A DNA stretch of 8,736 nucleotides from a virus (lineage: Duplodnaviria > Heunggongvirae > Uroviricota > Caudoviricetes): IMG/VR virus record IMGVR_UViG_2579778784_000003, one strand, 5' to 3'. The position numbers were made by a program, and so were the translations under genes. The notes below the pieces were generated by a model. That model made no database searches, was not told the DNA's origin, and saw only the letters and a program-made list of their open reading frames with translations. Numbering within the stretch: position 1 is the stretch's first letter; every line of letters begins with the position of its first letter. Positions 7,387 to 8,736 of the stretch are shown in pieces.

Positions 7387-8735
7387 TACCGATATGCTCC
7401 ACTTAACCGACCACCATCACGGGCCTGCTGTTGCATAAAGTCCGCTGCCGCTTTTTTCCCAAGGTCATAAACCACCTTCAGGGCAGCCGGACCTATCTGC
7501 CCGTTCGTGCCATCGTTATTGATCTCGATGTTGTACTGCGGGGCAAACATCGCCATACCTGAACCACCAATGTCCGCCACAACCCCCAGCTTACCGTCAG
7601 CACCACGACGCAGTGGCAGAATGGCTTCAGGTCCAGCTTCCCCCATCACACCCGCGCCTTTTGCAAAAGCAAAAAACGTCGGACGGTTAACCACCGTGCC
7701 ACTGTAACGACTCAAATCAGCAGACTGATAAATCCCCCCATTGGCATTCAGGGAAAGGCTGCTGAGATCAAATCCCAGTACACTGCCAATCCCTTTTATC
7801 GATTTCATCACGGTTGCCTGCGCCAGGATCTTCGCCATATCTGACAGCACCGAAGAGGTGAAGGATTTGAAGTTGAGTTTGCCGGTAGTGACAAAAGTTG
7901 CCAGGCCATTTCCCATGTTGCTGAAGGCTGACGAGAACACCTGTTCTGCTGTTCCTGCCGTATTGTCTGCATCCACGGTAAAATCCTGAAATGCACGCAG
8001 GACTCCGTTTTTCCAGTTACCCTGCACAACTTCAAGCTGTTGCCAGTAACGGCGATTCTCATTCAGTTGTCGGTTCAGGCTCTCCGTCAGCGCCTGCTCG
8101 GACTTTCTGTAGTCATCCGTGTTATATGTCCCTTTCTGCTCACTATCCCGCCTCAACTGCTCCAGCTGTTGCTGGTATTTCTGGCGAAGACTCAGTTGTA
8201 CCTGATATCGCTGCCGCTGCTGATCACCCATACCCACCGTGGCGATATCCAGGTCATGTTGCTGACGCTGAGCGCGCTCTTCTTCAGCCAGTTGACTGGT
8301 CAGCTGAATTGTTTTTTTCTTCAGCTCGTTGAGTGCCGTCTGTTTCTGAAGCTCCTGCTGTTTTACATCCAGCAGCGTCAGTGCCTGAATCAGTTCATCT
8401 TTACGGGCCAGCACACTCTTTTCATCTGCCGTCAGTTTTTTCCCGTCCAGGTCGCTGATGCGCTGCTGCAGAGCCAGAAGCTGTTTATGCGCTTCTGTCA
8501 TCCTTTCCGTGGCAATGCCTGCTGACTGTCTGGCAGCAGCAATCTGTCCTTCCACCTGTGCCTGTTGCTGACTGTACTGCAGCAATAACCGGGTGGCCTC
8601 ATCATTACGGGTTTCGCGTGTTTTTTTCTTACCGGATGCCAGGGCTTTCTCGTAACGTTCATTTTCACGTTGTATCGCCGCATCCCTGACAGCCTGATCG
8701 GCGTACTGCATGGCATTAATACGCGCAATTTCACG
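7386..8735 (-). CDS. H: Tail tape measure protein H, C-terminal portion (5' end lies beyond the window end)
   Basis: The ORF track gives 441 aa from an internal Met at 8711, but the frame stays open to the window edge (hand-translated upstream codons give ..REIARINA-MQYADQ.. with no stop), so the true start is outside the window. Gln/Glu/Leu-rich coiled-coil-like stretch followed by a Gly/Ser-rich C-terminal region, typical of tape measure proteins. Position immediately upstream of M with a 1-nt stop/start overlap matches lambda H-M. Confidence 0.88.
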   Translation of the reverse strand, partial: REIARINAMQYADQAVRDAAIQRENERYEKALASGKKKTRETRNDEATRLLLQYSQQQAQVEGQIAAARQSAGIATERMTEAHKQLLALQQRISDLDGKKLTADEKSVLARKDELIQALTLLDVKQQELQKQTALNELKKKTIQLTSQLAEEERAQRQQHDLDIATVGMGDQQRQRYQVQLSLRQKYQQQLEQLRRDSEQKGTYNTDDYRKSEQALTESLNRQLNENRRYWQQLEVVQGNWKNGVLRAFQDFTVDADNTAGTAEQVFSSAFSNMGNGLATFVTTGKLNFKSFTSSVLSDMAKILAQATVMKSIKGIGSVLGFDLSSLSLNANGGIYQSADLSRYSGTVVNRPTFFAFAKGAGVMGEAGPEAILPLRRGADGKLGVVADIGGSGMAMFAPQYNIEINNDGTNGQIGPAALKVVYDLGKKAAADFMQQQARDGGRLSGAYR

Positions 8736-8736
8736 C

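Noticed and set aside
7020-7406. 128-aa plus-strand ORF containing a repeated peptide
   Set aside because: The internal repetition only reflects the 141-bp tandem duplication in M read in an antisense frame. It is not an independent repeat protein.
8040-8525. 161-aa plus-strand ORF and other short ORFs antisense to H
   Set aside because: Leu/Gln-rich translation mirrors the coiled-coil codons of H on the opposite strand. No RBS or domain support.

Overview
This window is the distal tail-tip and tail-fibre module of a lambdoid (lambda-like) prophage, almost certainly in an enterobacterial host, with every gene on the minus strand. The order is that of phage lambda: H (tape measure, 3' part only; 5' end beyond the window) - M - L - K - I - J - lom - stf (5' part only; 3' end beyond the window). 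Genes are tightly packed with RBS-like motifs, one 1-nt stop/start overlap (H/M) and a 103-nt out-of-frame K/I overlap. Intrinsic-terminator-like hairpins bracket lom on both sides. I do not see a novel or undescribed system here: no defence, toxin, CRISPR, integrase or transposase content is evident. The most unusual observation is a perfect 141-bp in-frame tandem duplication inside M, which lengthens the protein by 47 aa. Secondary points are a J C-terminal receptor-binding region that differs from lambda as I recall it, the lom moron with its own terminators, and the K start-site question. All homology calls rest on my recognition of the translated ORFs against remembered lambda proteins; no database search was run.
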